A DNA stretch of 58,294 nt, taken from positions 1 to 58,294 of the forward strand of contig DASYFC010000201.1 of the NCBI GenBank assembly GCA_036498645.1, written 5' to 3'. Made by a program: the position numbers and the translations under genes. Positions 1 through 9,435 of this stretch are shown here, piece after piece. Under the pieces are notes generated by a model. It saw nothing but the letters and a program-made list of their open reading frames with translations, ran no database searches and was not told the origin of the DNA. Each line of letters begins with the position of its first letter. The first letter of the stretch is position 1. This stretch comes from Acidimicrobiia bacterium (GTDB lineage: Bacteria > Actinomycetota > Acidimicrobiia > IMCC26256 > JACDBD01).

Positions 1-905
1 GAAAGCAGCGGTGAGAACACAAGAAAGACCGTGATCGCCGCCATGGGGGCGAGCCCGTCGAGAACGGCTGTGCCGCGCGGCTTGGCGCGCGACGCGAGGA
101 CCCACGCCATCGCGACCCCCGCGAGGAGCGCGACCGCGAGCACGCCGTTCACAACGGCCGGGACTTCGCCGACGCGCCACGCTCCTCGTTCGATGTGCGG
201 GGTCGCGCCGCCGACGCTCCGCACGAGAGCGCCGACGGTGCTCTCGAACTCCCAGCCCTTGGCGCCACGGAATGTCAGCACCTGCTTCGGGCCGTCGATG
301 CCACCCCACGTGACCCACGCCGCGGTGCCGGCCGCGCCGACGACGACGAACGCGGCAAGCGCCCGCCAGGCGCGGCGCACGATCAGCACGGGCACGAGCA
401 CGACGGGCCAGAGCTTGGCGAAGCACGCGATGGCGAGCACCGCACCGCCCCCATATTGATGTCGACGGCGAACCAGCGCGATGCCCAAGACGGCGAGAAA
501 CACGGACAGCAGGTCCAGCCGGAGATAGATGAACGGGTACAACAGGAACGGAAGGCCGATCAGGAGATAGGCGATCCCGGCGCGCCGTCCCCACGCCCAG
601 GCGACGACGGCCGCGATCGCGAGATCGATGACGAGCTGCGACCACATGAGCCGCACGGTCGTCGATCGCACGGTTCCGCCGTCGATGGCCTCGATCGCCG
701 CCACCATCACGGGCGGGTACTCGACCTCGAAATCCCGGTACGGCCGCCCGTCCTGGCTGGCGATCTTGTAGAAGCGACGGGCGTCGCCGGGCAGGATGCG
801 GTACCGGCTGGGAGCGGTCGCGTCGGAGGCGAGCGCGATCGGGACGACGGCAATGCGCACGCCGGCAAGAAACACGAAGAGGAGCGCGAAGCGCCGGGCG
901 GACAC
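1..905 (-). CDS. Integral membrane glycosyltransferase-like protein (GT87/DUF2029-like); 3' end lies beyond the left edge of the window
   Basis: Absent from the ORF track because it runs off the edge. Manual minus-strand translation from GTG at 905 gives VSARRFALLFVFLAGV...YRDFEVEYPPV...CFAKLWPVVLVPVLIV...VLAVALLAGVAMAW. It has several hydrophobic helices and high GC3. Confidence 0.5.
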   Translation of the reverse strand, partial: MSARRFALLFVFLAGVRIAVVPIALASDATAPSRYRILPGDARRFYKIASQDGRPYRDFEVEYPPVMVAAIEAIDGGTVRSTTVRLMWSQLVIDLAIAAVVAWAWGRRAGIAYLLIGLPFLLYPFIYLRLDLLSVFLAVLGIALVRRRHQYGGGAVLAIACFAKLWPVVLVPVLIVRRAWRALAAFVVVGAAGTAAWVTWGGIDGPKQVLTFRGAKGWEFESTVGALVRSVGGATPHIERGAWRVGEVPAVVNGVLAVALLAGVAMAWVLASRAKPRGTAVLDGLAPMAAITVFLVFSPLL

Positions 906-1001
906 GGCTGCGACCTATCGGATGGCCGATGAGAGAGGGATGAGGCAGGGGTTACACTACGCGGAGGCCGGCCTGGCATTCCGGCCACATATCAGTCCCG
1001 G

Positions 1002-1077
1002 GGCCGACAACCCCGCGGTGGGCGACCAGGCTGTCCCCGCCGGCCACAACCGGGGCTTCCCGAAAGGGAACACACCC
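1002..1077 (+). promoter_or_regulatory. Candidate NAD+ class-I (nadA-motif-like) riboswitch / structured 5' leader of nadA
   Basis: Two GGCC-ACAACC repeats (1002-1014 and 1042-1053). The first folds as a bulged stem-loop: GGCCG(1002-1006)/CGGCC(1041-1045), a 5' bulge ACAACCCC(1007-1014), then GCGG(1015-1018)/CCGC(1037-1040). The second is followed by a TTCCC-GAAA-GGGAA hairpin (1057-1070), which buries the only SD-like purine run, about 8 nt before the nadA ATG. Confidence 0.4.
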
Positions 1078-2202
1078 ATGTTGCGACTCCAGGCCCTCCT
1101 GCCGGACAGATACACCCTCGCGTCGAGCGAGGAGATCGACGAATGGATCGCCGCCGCCAAGGCCACGCTCGGCTCGAAGCTGCTCATCCTCGGACATCAC
1201 TACCAGCGCCCCGAAGTCATCAAGTGGGCGGACGCCCGCGGCGACTCGTTCAAGCTCGCACGTTTCGCGGCCGACAACGACCACGCCACCGACATCGTCT
1301 TCTGCGGCGTGCACTTCATGGCCGAGTCCGCCGACATCCTCACGGGCGAGCACCAGCGAGTCATCCTCCCCGATCTGAACGCAGGGTGTTCGATGGCCGA
1401 CATGGCCGACCTGGACCAGGTCGAGGAGTGCTGGGAGTCGCTGGCGGGCGTCACCGACGTCGAGCGCATCGTGCCCATCACGTACATGAACTCGTCCGCG
1501 GCGCTGAAGGCCTTCGTCGGCGAGCACGGCGGCGCCGTATGCACGAGCTCGAACGCGCAGGCGATCCTCGATTGGGCGCTCGCTCGCGGCGACAAGGTCC
1601 TGTTCTTCCCCGACCAGCACCTCGGACGGAACACCGGCTACCAGATGGGCTTCGACGAGCCCGACATGCGCGTGTGGGATCCGCGTCACGATCTCGGCGG
1701 GCTCGAGGAGCGCGACGTTAAAGGCGCCACCTTCCTGCTCTGGAAGGGGCATTGCTCCGTGCACCAGCGGTTCCGGACCGAGCACGTCGACGCGTTCCGA
1801 GCCGAGCATCCCGACGGTCAGGTGATCGTCCACCCCGAGTGCGCGCACGAGGTCGTCGAGGTCGCCGACAAGGTTGGGTCGACCGAGCGCATCCTCGAAT
1901 GGGTCGAGGCGGCGCCGCCGGGATCGGTGGTCGCTGTCGGCACCGAGATCCACATGGTGCAGCGCATGGCCGAGGAGCATCCCGACAAGACGGTCGTCTC
2001 CCTCGACCCGCTGATCTGCCCGTGCTCGACCATGTTCCGCGTCGACGGCCCGCACCTGGCCTGGTGCCTCGAAGCCCTAGCGCGTGGTGAGCTCGTTAAC
2101 CAGATCGTCGTCGACGACCGCACGGCACAATGGGCGCGGGTCGCGCTCCAGCGAATGCTCGACCTCCCCGGCGCGCCGACCGCGGCGGCCAAGGTCGACT
2201 AG
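1078..2202 (+). CDS. nadA: Quinolinate synthase NadA
   Basis: ORF 796..2202. The internal ATG at 1078 (MLRLQALLPDRY) precedes the conserved blocks LILGHHYQRPEV, GVHFMAESADIL, YMNSSAALKAF, VHPECAHEV and CPCSTMFR. The upstream 94 codons look non-coding. Confidence 0.9.
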   Translation: MLRLQALLPDRYTLASSEEIDEWIAAAKATLGSKLLILGHHYQRPEVIKWADARGDSFKLARFAADNDHATDIVFCGVHFMAESADILTGEHQRVILPDLNAGCSMADMADLDQVEECWESLAGVTDVERIVPITYMNSSAALKAFVGEHGGAVCTSSNAQAILDWALARGDKVLFFPDQHLGRNTGYQMGFDEPDMRVWDPRHDLGGLEERDVKGATFLLWKGHCSVHQRFRTEHVDAFRAEHPDGQVIVHPECAHEVVEVADKVGSTERILEWVEAAPPGSVVAVGTEIHMVQRMAEEHPDKTVVSLDPLICPCSTMFRVDGPHLAWCLEALARGELVNQIVVDDRTAQWARVALQRMLDLPGAPTAAAKVD

Positions 2203-2918
2203 CGCTTTCGGGTCACCAGCAGCAGCAGCCGGGGAATCGTCGCGGCGTCCTTGTACTCGGGGACGCGCGCGAGGAGGCCCGCCGCGGGCGGCGGCTCGTC
2301 CACGTGCTCGATCAGCAACCCGTGCGCCGCGAGCTCGTTGACGTATCGAGAGAGCGGTCGGTGCATGAACGGCAGGTCGACACCCGGCGCGACCTCCTCC
2401 ATCGCCACGTCGTCGGGGAGGTACGGGCCGACGCGCCAGTACTCCTCCTCGAGGATGTGGTCGATCACCCAGCCACTGCCGGGCGCCTGGAGCAACGGGT
2501 GGTTCAGGAAGAGGACGAAGCGGCCGCCGGGCGCGAGCACGCGTGCCGTCTCGGCGATCGCGGGCTCGAACGGGTCGAGATGCTCGAACACCAGACACGA
2601 GACCGCGGCATCGAACGAAGCGTCGCGGAGTGGCATCGCCTCCGCGCCGGCGCGTGCGTATCGGGGGCCGCCGCCGCGTTCCCGTGCGACTGCGACCTGA
2701 GCCGCCGTCGGGTCGATGCCGACGACCTCGGCGCCCAGCTTGACGATGCGCCGGGCGGCCTGGCCTTCGCCGCACCCGACGTCGAGCACGCGAGTCGTGC
2801 CCGCCAGGTGCTCGTCGACGAGTGGGAGGAGCTGCTCCTCGTACTCGGGGTCGACCCCGTCGGTGAACTTCTGCTGCCACCAGCCGGCGTGCCGCTCCCA
2901 GGGGTCCGCGGTGCTCAT
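2199..2918 (-). CDS. Class I SAM-dependent methyltransferase
   Basis: ORF 2199..2942. SAM-binding motif VLDVGCGEGQAARR. The start is probably MSTADPW at 2918; 2942 is the alternative. Confidence 0.8.
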   Translation of the reverse strand: MSTADPWERHAGWWQQKFTDGVDPEYEEQLLPLVDEHLAGTTRVLDVGCGEGQAARRIVKLGAEVVGIDPTAAQVAVARERGGGPRYARAGAEAMPLRDASFDAAVSCLVFEHLDPFEPAIAETARVLAPGGRFVLFLNHPLLQAPGSGWVIDHILEEEYWRVGPYLPDDVAMEEVAPGVDLPFMHRPLSRYVNELAAHGLLIEHVDEPPPAAGLLARVPEYKDAATIPRLLLLVTRKR

Positions 2919-2956
2919 GCCGACCGCCGGAATACAGGGCAAAGCAGATCTGCCAT

Positions 2957-3340
2957 ATGGACTACCATATGCGCATGGCGAACGACCGACCGGGCCGACT
3001 CACGCTCAGCGCGCTGGGGAGCGGGCGACTCATCCGTGAGGCCCGCCGCCTAGGCGGGCTGACGCAAGCCGACCTCGCGCGACGGCTCGGGACGACCCAG
3101 TCCGCGGTCTCGAACTGGGAGCGCGGTCGCGACACTCCTCGGGTCGACACCCTGGCCCGGATCCTCGAGGCGTGCGGCTTCGAAGCCGACATGACGTTCC
3201 GGCGTCTCGACGACGTCGACCGCGCACAGATTCGCGAGAACCTCGCGATGACACCGGCGGAGCGTCTCCGATCCGTGCGCAACGTGTCCAAGCTCCGCGC
3301 CAAGGCGCGCCGGGTCGAACGCGAGCCCGCGCGTGCCTAA
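2957..3340 (+). CDS. XRE-family helix-turn-helix protein (antitoxin-like)
   Basis: HTH block LTQADLARRLGTTQSAVSNWERG. The start is possibly at 2975 (MANDRPG). The 3' end overlaps the next gene by 8 nt. Confidence 0.75.
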   Translation: MDYHMRMANDRPGRLTLSALGSGRLIREARRLGGLTQADLARRLGTTQSAVSNWERGRDTPRVDTLARILEACGFEADMTFRRLDDVDRAQIRENLAMTPAERLRSVRNVSKLRAKARRVEREPARA

Positions 3341-3839
3341 GCCGCTGCAACCCGAGAAGCTGTTCCAGGTGCTTGCTGACCATCGTGTCGACTACGTGCT
3401 CATCGGCGGGCTCGCGGCGACGCTGCACGGCTCCTCCGCGCTCACGAACGATGCCGACATCTGTCCGGAGCCCTCGCCCGAGAATCGTGAGCGGCTCGCG
3501 GCCGCGCTGCGGGACATTCGGGCTCGCGTCAGAACCGAGGCCGAGCCCGACGGCGTCCGCTTCTCCGTCGATGCCGACTTCTTGCGGCGCACGCAGCTCG
3601 TGAACCTCACGACGCAGTACGGCGACTTCGACATCGCGTTTCAGCCTGCCGGCAGCCGCGGATACGAGGATCTCATCGGCGATGCGATCGAACTGGAGAT
3701 CGACGGGACCGTCGTCCGTGTCGCGTCGCTCGCGGACATCATTCGGTCGAAGGAGATCGCGAACCGCCCGAAGGACCGCGCCACGCTGCCGATCCTCTAC
3801 GCCCTGCAGGACGAGATCGCGCGGCGCGCCGCGACGTAG
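3333..3839 (+). CDS. Minimal nucleotidyltransferase-fold protein (toxin-like partner of the XRE gene)
   Basis: GTG start. Pol-beta-type NTase signature IGGLAATLHGSSALTNDADI (G[GS]...DxD), plus a later acidic YGDFDIAF and a C-terminal SLADIIRSKEIANRPKDRATL block. Confidence 0.65.
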   Translation: MPKPLQPEKLFQVLADHRVDYVLIGGLAATLHGSSALTNDADICPEPSPENRERLAAALRDIRARVRTEAEPDGVRFSVDADFLRRTQLVNLTTQYGDFDIAFQPAGSRGYEDLIGDAIELEIDGTVVRVASLADIIRSKEIANRPKDRATLPILYALQDEIARRAAT

Positions 3840-3847
3840 CCGCCGCC

Positions 3848-6745
3848 TCACGCGACGGCGTGCTCGTCGAGCCCGAGGATCGGCGCGAGGAAGCTTCCCG
3901 TGTAGCTACCTTCGGTCTTTGCGACGTGCTCGGGCGAGCCCTCGGCCACGATCTGCCCCCCGGCGTCACCGCCCTCCGGCCCGAGGTCGATGATCCAGTC
4001 CGCCGACTTGATCACGTCGAGGTTGTGCTCGATCACCAACACGGTGTTCCCGCCCTCTACGAGGCGCGAGAGCACGCCGAGCAGCCGCTTCGTGTCCTCG
4101 AAATGCAACCCGGTCGTCGGCTCGTCGAGCATGTACACGGTGCGCCCGGTGGCCCGCTTCCCGAGCTCCGATGCCAGCTTCACCCGCTGCGCCTCGCCGC
4201 CCGACAGTGTGGGCGCGGGCTGCCCGAGCCGCACGTAGCCGAGCCCGACGTCGAACAGGGTCTGGAGCTGGCGGGCGATCGGCGGCTGGTGCTTGAAGAA
4301 CTCGAGCGCCTCCTCGATCGACATGTCGAGGACCTCGGCGATGTTCTTGTTCTTGAACGTGACGTCGAGCGTGTCCCGGTTGTAGCGGGCGCCCTTGCAC
4401 ACCTCGCACGGCACGTAGACATCGGGAAGGAAGTGCATCTCGATCTTGATCGTCCCGTCGCCGGCGCACGCCTCGCACCGGCCGCCCTTCACGTTGAACG
4501 AGAACCTTCCGGGCAGGTAGCCCCGCACCTTCGCCTCGAGGCTCGACGCGAACAGCGTGCGGATCTTGTCGAACACACCCGTGTACGTCGCGGGGTTGGA
4601 CCGTGGTGTCCGACCGATCGGCGACTGGTCGATGTTGATGACCTTGTCGACGAGCTCCGTACCCTCGATCGTCTTGTGGCGGCCGGGCACGGTCCGTGAC
4701 CGGTACACCTTCTGCATGAGCGCGTGGTAGAGGATGTCGTTCACCAACGTCGACTTGCCGCTGCCGCTCACGCCCGTGATCGCGACGAAGCACCCGAGCG
4801 GGAAGTCGACGTCGATGTTCTGCAGGTTGTGCTCGCGCGCGTCCCGTACCGTCAGCCACGCCTCGCCCGGCTGGCGGCGCATCTCCGGGACCGGAATGGA
4901 CCGCTCCCCCGCCAGGTACTGACCGGTGATCGACCGCGGCTCGGCGAGAACGTCGTCGAGCGTGCCGCGGGCGACGATCTCGCCACCGTGCTCCCCGGCA
5001 CCTGGCCCGATGTCGACGATGGTGTCGGCCGATCGGATCGTCTCTTCGTCGTGCTCGACGACGATCACCGTGTTCCCGAGGTCACGAAGCCGCAGGAGGG
5101 TGTCGAGGAGCCGGTGGTTGTCGCGCTGGTGCAACCCGATCGACGGCTCGTCGAGCACGTACAGCACCCCGACCAGTCCGCTGCCGATTTGCGACGCCAG
5201 CCGGATGCGCTGCGCTTCGCCGCCGGCGAGCGTCGCCGACGACCGGTTCAACGACAAGTAGTTGAGCCCCACGTCGAGCAGGAAGCGGAGCCGCTCGTTG
5301 ACTTCCTTCAACACTGCTTCGGCGATCATCAGGTCGCGCTCGGACAGCTCGAGCCCGCCGAGGAATTCCGCCGCCTTGGCGATCGACAACTGCCCGAGCT
5401 CGTAGATGTTCATCCCGCCGACCGTGACCGCCAGCGAGGCCGGCCGCAGCCGGGCGCCGTGACACACGGGGCACGGCACCTCACGCATGTAGCCCTCGAT
5501 CTGCTCGCGCACCCGGTCGCTCTCCGCTTCGGAGTGGCGGCGTTCGAGCCACGGCACCACGCCCTCGAACTCTGTCGTGTACGAGCGCTGCCGCCCGTAC
5601 CGGTTGCGGTACCGGACGTTGATCGCGCGCTTGCCCGAACCGTGGAGCACGGCTTGCTTGTCGCGCTTGCGGAGCTTGCGCCAAGGCGTGTCGACCGAAA
5701 AGCCGTACTCCTTCGCTACCGCGCCGAGCACCCGGTCGAAGTACTGGCTGCGGAACCCGGCCCACGGCGCGATTGCGCCCTCGGTGATGCTGAGGTCGTC
5801 GTCGGAGACGACCAGCTCCGGATCGACCTCGAAGCGGGTCCCGAGCCCGTCGCAACGCTCGCACGCGCCGTAGGGCGAATTGAACGAGAAGTTGCGCGGC
5901 GCGAGCTCCTCGAACGACAAGCCGCAACTGGCACAGGCCAGGTGCTCCGAGAAGGTGAGGACCTCGCGGTCCTCGTCGTGCTCTTCCTCGCCTTCCCGCG
6001 GGACGATCTCGACCTCGGCGACACCCTCGGCCAGGCGCAGCGCCGTCTCGAGCGAGTCGGTGAGCCGGCGTTCGATGCCCGCGCGCCGAACCAGCCGGTC
6101 GACGACCACCTCGATCGTGTGCTGCTCGTACCGGGCGAGTCGCTCCCGACTCGCCGCGTGACCGCCCGAGCCGCGCATGCTCGACAGCTCGTGCACCTCG
6201 CCGTCGATCCGCGCCCGGGTGAACCCCTGACCGGCGAGCTCGGTCAGCAGCCCCTCGTACTCGCCCTTCCGGCCCCGCACGACGGGCGCGAGCACCTGGA
6301 ACCGCGTGCCGTCCGGCAGCTGGAGCACCCGGTCGACGATCTGTTGGGGCGTCTGCCGGGTAATGACCCGACCGCAGTTGGGACAATGGGGCAGGCCGAT
6401 CCGGGCGTAGAGAAGCCGCAGATAGTCGTAGATCTCGGTGATCGTCCCGACGGTCGACCGCGGGTTCTTCGACGCCGACTTCTGGTCGATCGAGATCGCC
6501 GGCGACAGGCCCTCGATGAAGTCGACGTCGGGCTTGTCCATCTGGCCGAGGAACTGACGGGCGTACGCGGACAGCGACTCGACGTACCGGCGCTGCCCCT
6601 CGGCGTAGATCGTGTCGAACGCCAGCGAGGACTTCCCCGAGCCCGACAAGCCGGTGAAGACGATCAGGCGGTCCCGGGGCAGCTCGAGGTCGACGTTCTT
6701 GAGGTTGTGCTCTCGAGCCCCCCGGATCGTGATTGCATCCGCCAC
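3848..6745 (-). CDS. uvrA: Excinuclease ABC subunit A
   Basis: 965 aa. Two ABC ATPase modules ([23 protein letters not shown] and [10 protein letters not shown]), Zn-finger cysteines (CPVCHGARL) and LSGGEAQR signatures. GTG start at 6745. Confidence 0.97.
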   Translation of the reverse strand: MADAITIRGAREHNLKNVDLELPRDRLIVFTGLSGSGKSSLAFDTIYAEGQRRYVESLSAYARQFLGQMDKPDVDFIEGLSPAISIDQKSASKNPRSTVGTITEIYDYLRLLYARIGLPHCPNCGRVITRQTPQQIVDRVLQLPDGTRFQVLAPVVRGRKGEYEGLLTELAGQGFTRARIDGEVHELSSMRGSGGHAASRERLARYEQHTIEVVVDRLVRRAGIERRLTDSLETALRLAEGVAEVEIVPREGEEEHDEDREVLTFSEHLACASCGLSFEELAPRNFSFNSPYGACERCDGLGTRFEVDPELVVSDDDLSITEGAIAPWAGFRSQYFDRVLGAVAKEYGFSVDTPWRKLRKRDKQAVLHGSGKRAINVRYRNRYGRQRSYTTEFEGVVPWLERRHSEAESDRVREQIEGYMREVPCPVCHGARLRPASLAVTVGGMNIYELGQLSIAKAAEFLGGLELSERDLMIAEAVLKEVNERLRFLLDVGLNYLSLNRSSATLAGGEAQRIRLASQIGSGLVGVLYVLDEPSIGLHQRDNHRLLDTLLRLRDLGNTVIVVEHDEETIRSADTIVDIGPGAGEHGGEIVARGTLDDVLAEPRSITGQYLAGERSIPVPEMRRQPGEAWLTVRDAREHNLQNIDVDFPLGCFVAITGVSGSGKSTLVNDILYHALMQKVYRSRTVPGRHKTIEGTELVDKVINIDQSPIGRTPRSNPATYTGVFDKIRTLFASSLEAKVRGYLPGRFSFNVKGGRCEACAGDGTIKIEMHFLPDVYVPCEVCKGARYNRDTLDVTFKNKNIAEVLDMSIEEALEFFKHQPPIARQLQTLFDVGLGYVRLGQPAPTLSGGEAQRVKLASELGKRATGRTVYMLDEPTTGLHFEDTKRLLGVLSRLVEGGNTVLVIEHNLDVIKSADWIIDLGPEGGDAGGQIVAEGSPEHVAKTEGSYTGSFLAPILGLDEHAVA

Positions 6746-6774
6746 GACGTCAGTTTACCGGGACGGCCGTCCGA

Positions 6775-6790
6775 GCGAACGGATGTTCGG
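6775..6790. promoter_or_regulatory. Candidate LexA SOS box (GAAC-N4-GTTC palindrome) upstream of uvrA
   Basis: GCGAACGGATGTTCGG lies 30 nt upstream of the uvrA GTG. On the uvrA strand it sits 17 nt upstream of a TAAACT hexamer that ends 6 nt before the GTG. Confidence 0.5.
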
Positions 6791-6799
6791 GGGCCCTTC

Positions 6800-7150
6800 C
6801 TATCGGCGCCGAAGCTCGTCCCGGATCTCGGTGAGCACCTCCACCTCGGTGGGCTTCTTCTCCCGGGTGAAGAGCCGGTCGGCCGCCCGGACGATGAAGA
6901 ACAGCACCGTTCCGATGATCACGAAGTTGACGACGGCGGTGATGAACCTGCCGTAGGCGACCACTCCGTCGCCGACCTTGAAGGTCAGATCGTTGAAGTT
7001 CGGCTTGCCGAACAGGGCGCCGATCACCGGCATGATCACGTTGTTCACGAGAGATAGGACGACCGCGCCGAACGCGATGCCGATGATCACCGCCACCGCG
7101 AGGTCGATGACATTGCCGCGGAGCAGGAACTTCCTCAGATCCTGGAGCAC
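6800..7150 (-). CDS. mscL: Large-conductance mechanosensitive channel
   Basis: 116 aa. The N-terminus [24 protein letters not shown] is typical of MscL. Two TM helices. Confidence 0.9.
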   Translation of the reverse strand: MLQDLRKFLLRGNVIDLAVAVIIGIAFGAVVLSLVNNVIMPVIGALFGKPNFNDLTFKVGDGVVAYGRFITAVVNFVIIGTVLFFIVRAADRLFTREKKPTEVEVLTEIRDELRRR

Positions 7151-7203
7151 TGCGCCCTCCTCGGTCGGCCGATCGTCGGCGCAGGTCTACCCGGTTCGGC
7201 GCC

Positions 7204-9240
7204 TCAGCTCACCTCGCGCAGCTCCCGCTTGAGCTCACCGATCTCGTCGCGCAGGCGGGCGGCCTCCTCGAAGCGGAGATCCTTCGCCGCGTCGTGCATC
7301 TCGTCCTGGAGGGTCTGGATGAGCTTGCCGACGTCGTCCGGCGCGACCCCCTCGAGATCGAAGACCGCCGAACGCTTGGGACCGCGCCCACGTCCCCGGC
7401 CCCGGCCTCGACCGACGCGTACGTCGTCGTCTTCTCCCTCACGGGCGCGCACCATCTCGAGGATGTCGACGACCTTCTTGCGGATCGTCTGGGGGTCGAT
7501 CCCGTGCTCGGCGTTGAACTCGAGCTGCACCTTCCGCCGCCGGTTCGTCTCGGAGATGGCTCGGCGCATCGAGTCCGTCACCTGGTCGGCGTACATGACC
7601 ACCTGACCGTCGACGTTGCGGGCGGCGCGCCCCATCGTCTGGATCAGCGACGTGTCGGAGCGCAGGAAGCCCTCCTTGTCGGCGTCGAGGATCGCAACCA
7701 GCGACACCTCGGGAAGGTCGAGGCCCTCACGCAGCAGGTTGATGCCGACGAGCACGTCGAACTCGCCGAGGCGCAGCGCCCGGAGAATCTCGACCCGTTC
7801 GAGCGTGTCGATCTCGCTGTGCAGGTACCGGACCCGAATGCCCAGCTCGATCAGGTAGTCGGTCAGGTCCTCGGACATCTTCTTCGTGAGCGTCGTGACG
7901 AGCACGCGCTGCTCGGCCTCGGCGCGGGCGTTGATCTCGGCGACGAGGTCGTCGATCTGGCCTTTGGTCGGCTTCACGATCACCTCGGGGTCGACGAGCC
8001 CGGTGGGCCGCACGATCTGCTCGACGACCTGCTTGGACTTCTCGAGCTCGTACTCGCCGGGTGTCGCCGACATGAAGACCACCTGGTTCACGTGCTCGAT
8101 GAACTCGTTGAACCGCAGGGGCCGGTTGTCGAGCGCGGACGGGAGCCGGAAGCCGTGCTCGACGAGCGTCTCCTTGCGGGACCGGTCACCCTCGTACTGC
8201 CCGTGCAGCTGCGGGACCGTCACGTGCGACTCGTCGAGCACGCAGAGGAAGTCGTCGGGGAAGTAATCGAGCAGGGTGTACGGCATCTGGCCGGCCTCCC
8301 GGCCGTCGAGGAACCGCGAGTAGTTCTCGATCCCGGAGCAGGTGCCGATCTCGCGGAGCATCTCGAGGTCGTAGGTCGTACGCATCCGCAGGCGCTGCGC
8401 TTCCAGCAGCTTGCCCTTCGACTCGAACCACGCCAGCCGATCCTTGAGCTCGGCCTCGATGCCCTCGATCGCGCGCTCCATGTGGTCCTCGTCGGTGACG
8501 TAGTGCGACGCCGGGAACAGCACGAACCGATCGAGCTCCTCGACGATCTCGCCGGTGACGGCGTCGACGGAGTACATCCGCTCGATCTCGTCGCCGAAGA
8601 GCTGGATGCGCACGCCCCGTTCCTCGTAGGCGGGGAACACCTCGATCGAGTCCCCTCGCACCCGGAACTTGTTCCGGACGAAGCCCTCGTCGTTGCGCTC
8701 GTACTGGAGCTCGACGAGCCGGCGCAGGATCGCCCGCTGGTCGTGCTCCTCCCCCACGCCGAGCATGAGGCACTGCTGCTCGTACAGCTCGGGTGAGCCC
8801 AGGCCGTAGATCGCTGAGACCGACGCCACGATGATCACGTCCCTGCGGGACATGAGGGCGCTCGTGGCGGAGTGACGGAGCCGGTCGATCTCGTCGTTGA
8901 TCGACGAGTCCTTCTCTATATACGTGTCGGACGACGGGACGTAGGCCTCGGGCTGGTAGTAGTCGTAATAGGAGACGAAGTACTCCACCCGGTTCTTGGG
9001 GAAGAACTCGCGGAACTCGCTCGCCAGCTGGGCGGCCAAGCTCTTGTTGGGGGCGAGGATGAGCGTGGGACGCTGGGCCCGGGCGATCGCGCCGGCGATC
9101 GTGAACGACTTCCCGGACCCGGTGATGCCGAGCAGCGTCTGGTACCGGTCGCCCCGCTCGACGCCGGTCGCGAGCGCCTCGATCGCCTCCGGCTGGTCAC
9201 CGGCGGCCGTGAACGGGGAAACGAGCTCGAGGAGCGGCAT
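7204..9240 (-). CDS. uvrB: Excinuclease ABC subunit B
   Basis: 678 aa. Walker [15 protein letters not shown] box (DESHVTVPQ) and a C-terminal UVR domain ([11 protein letters not shown]). An unusual (RG)5 linker lies at about 7378-7413. Confidence 0.97.
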   Translation of the reverse strand: MPLLELVSPFTAAGDQPEAIEALATGVERGDRYQTLLGITGSGKSFTIAGAIARAQRPTLILAPNKSLAAQLASEFREFFPKNRVEYFVSYYDYYQPEAYVPSSDTYIEKDSSINDEIDRLRHSATSALMSRRDVIIVASVSAIYGLGSPELYEQQCLMLGVGEEHDQRAILRRLVELQYERNDEGFVRNKFRVRGDSIEVFPAYEERGVRIQLFGDEIERMYSVDAVTGEIVEELDRFVLFPASHYVTDEDHMERAIEGIEAELKDRLAWFESKGKLLEAQRLRMRTTYDLEMLREIGTCSGIENYSRFLDGREAGQMPYTLLDYFPDDFLCVLDESHVTVPQLHGQYEGDRSRKETLVEHGFRLPSALDNRPLRFNEFIEHVNQVVFMSATPGEYELEKSKQVVEQIVRPTGLVDPEVIVKPTKGQIDDLVAEINARAEAEQRVLVTTLTKKMSEDLTDYLIELGIRVRYLHSEIDTLERVEILRALRLGEFDVLVGINLLREGLDLPEVSLVAILDADKEGFLRSDTSLIQTMGRAARNVDGQVVMYADQVTDSMRRAISETNRRRKVQLEFNAEHGIDPQTIRKKVVDILEMVRAREGEDDDVRVGRGRGRGRGRGPKRSAVFDLEGVAPDDVGKLIQTLQDEMHDAAKDLRFEEAARLRDEIGELKRELREVS

Positions 9241-9435
9241 TCGTCCGATGGTACCGGCGGCGTGTGACGGCCTCGCCGATGTCGGGGATAGCGTTCGTCA
9301 CATTCTCGGCGTCGAGAAAGGGGGAGCCGCATGAGGCGTCGCTGAGCGCACGCCAGCCTCGCCCGGTCGGGCGAACGCAGCCGCTCCCTCTCGGGCGCGC
9401 GGCTGCCGTAACCACACGGAACCGCAGGAGGATCC

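Noticed and set aside
796-1077. A 94-codon N-terminal extension of nadA in the ORF track
   Set aside because: The extension (MRYRLGAVASEASAIGTTAMRTPARNTKRS...) overlaps the divergent membrane-protein gene and has no NadA homology. NadA conservation begins right after the ATG at 1078. The region is better explained as a structured leader.
7378-7413. An (Arg-Gly)5 run ([12 protein letters not shown]) in the UvrB linker before the UVR domain
   Set aside because: This is a low-complexity linker inside a clearly intact uvrB. The DNA is not a perfect tandem repeat, and nothing suggests a separate element. It is noted only as an unusual linker.
9316-9345. A four-codon mini-ORF (ATG AGG CGT CGC TGA) preceded by GAAAGGGGGA, in the uvrB/ACAD divergent region
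   Set aside because: It is too short to distinguish from chance in a GC-rich spacer. I could find no associated alternative RNA structure, and the downstream gene has its own strong RBS.
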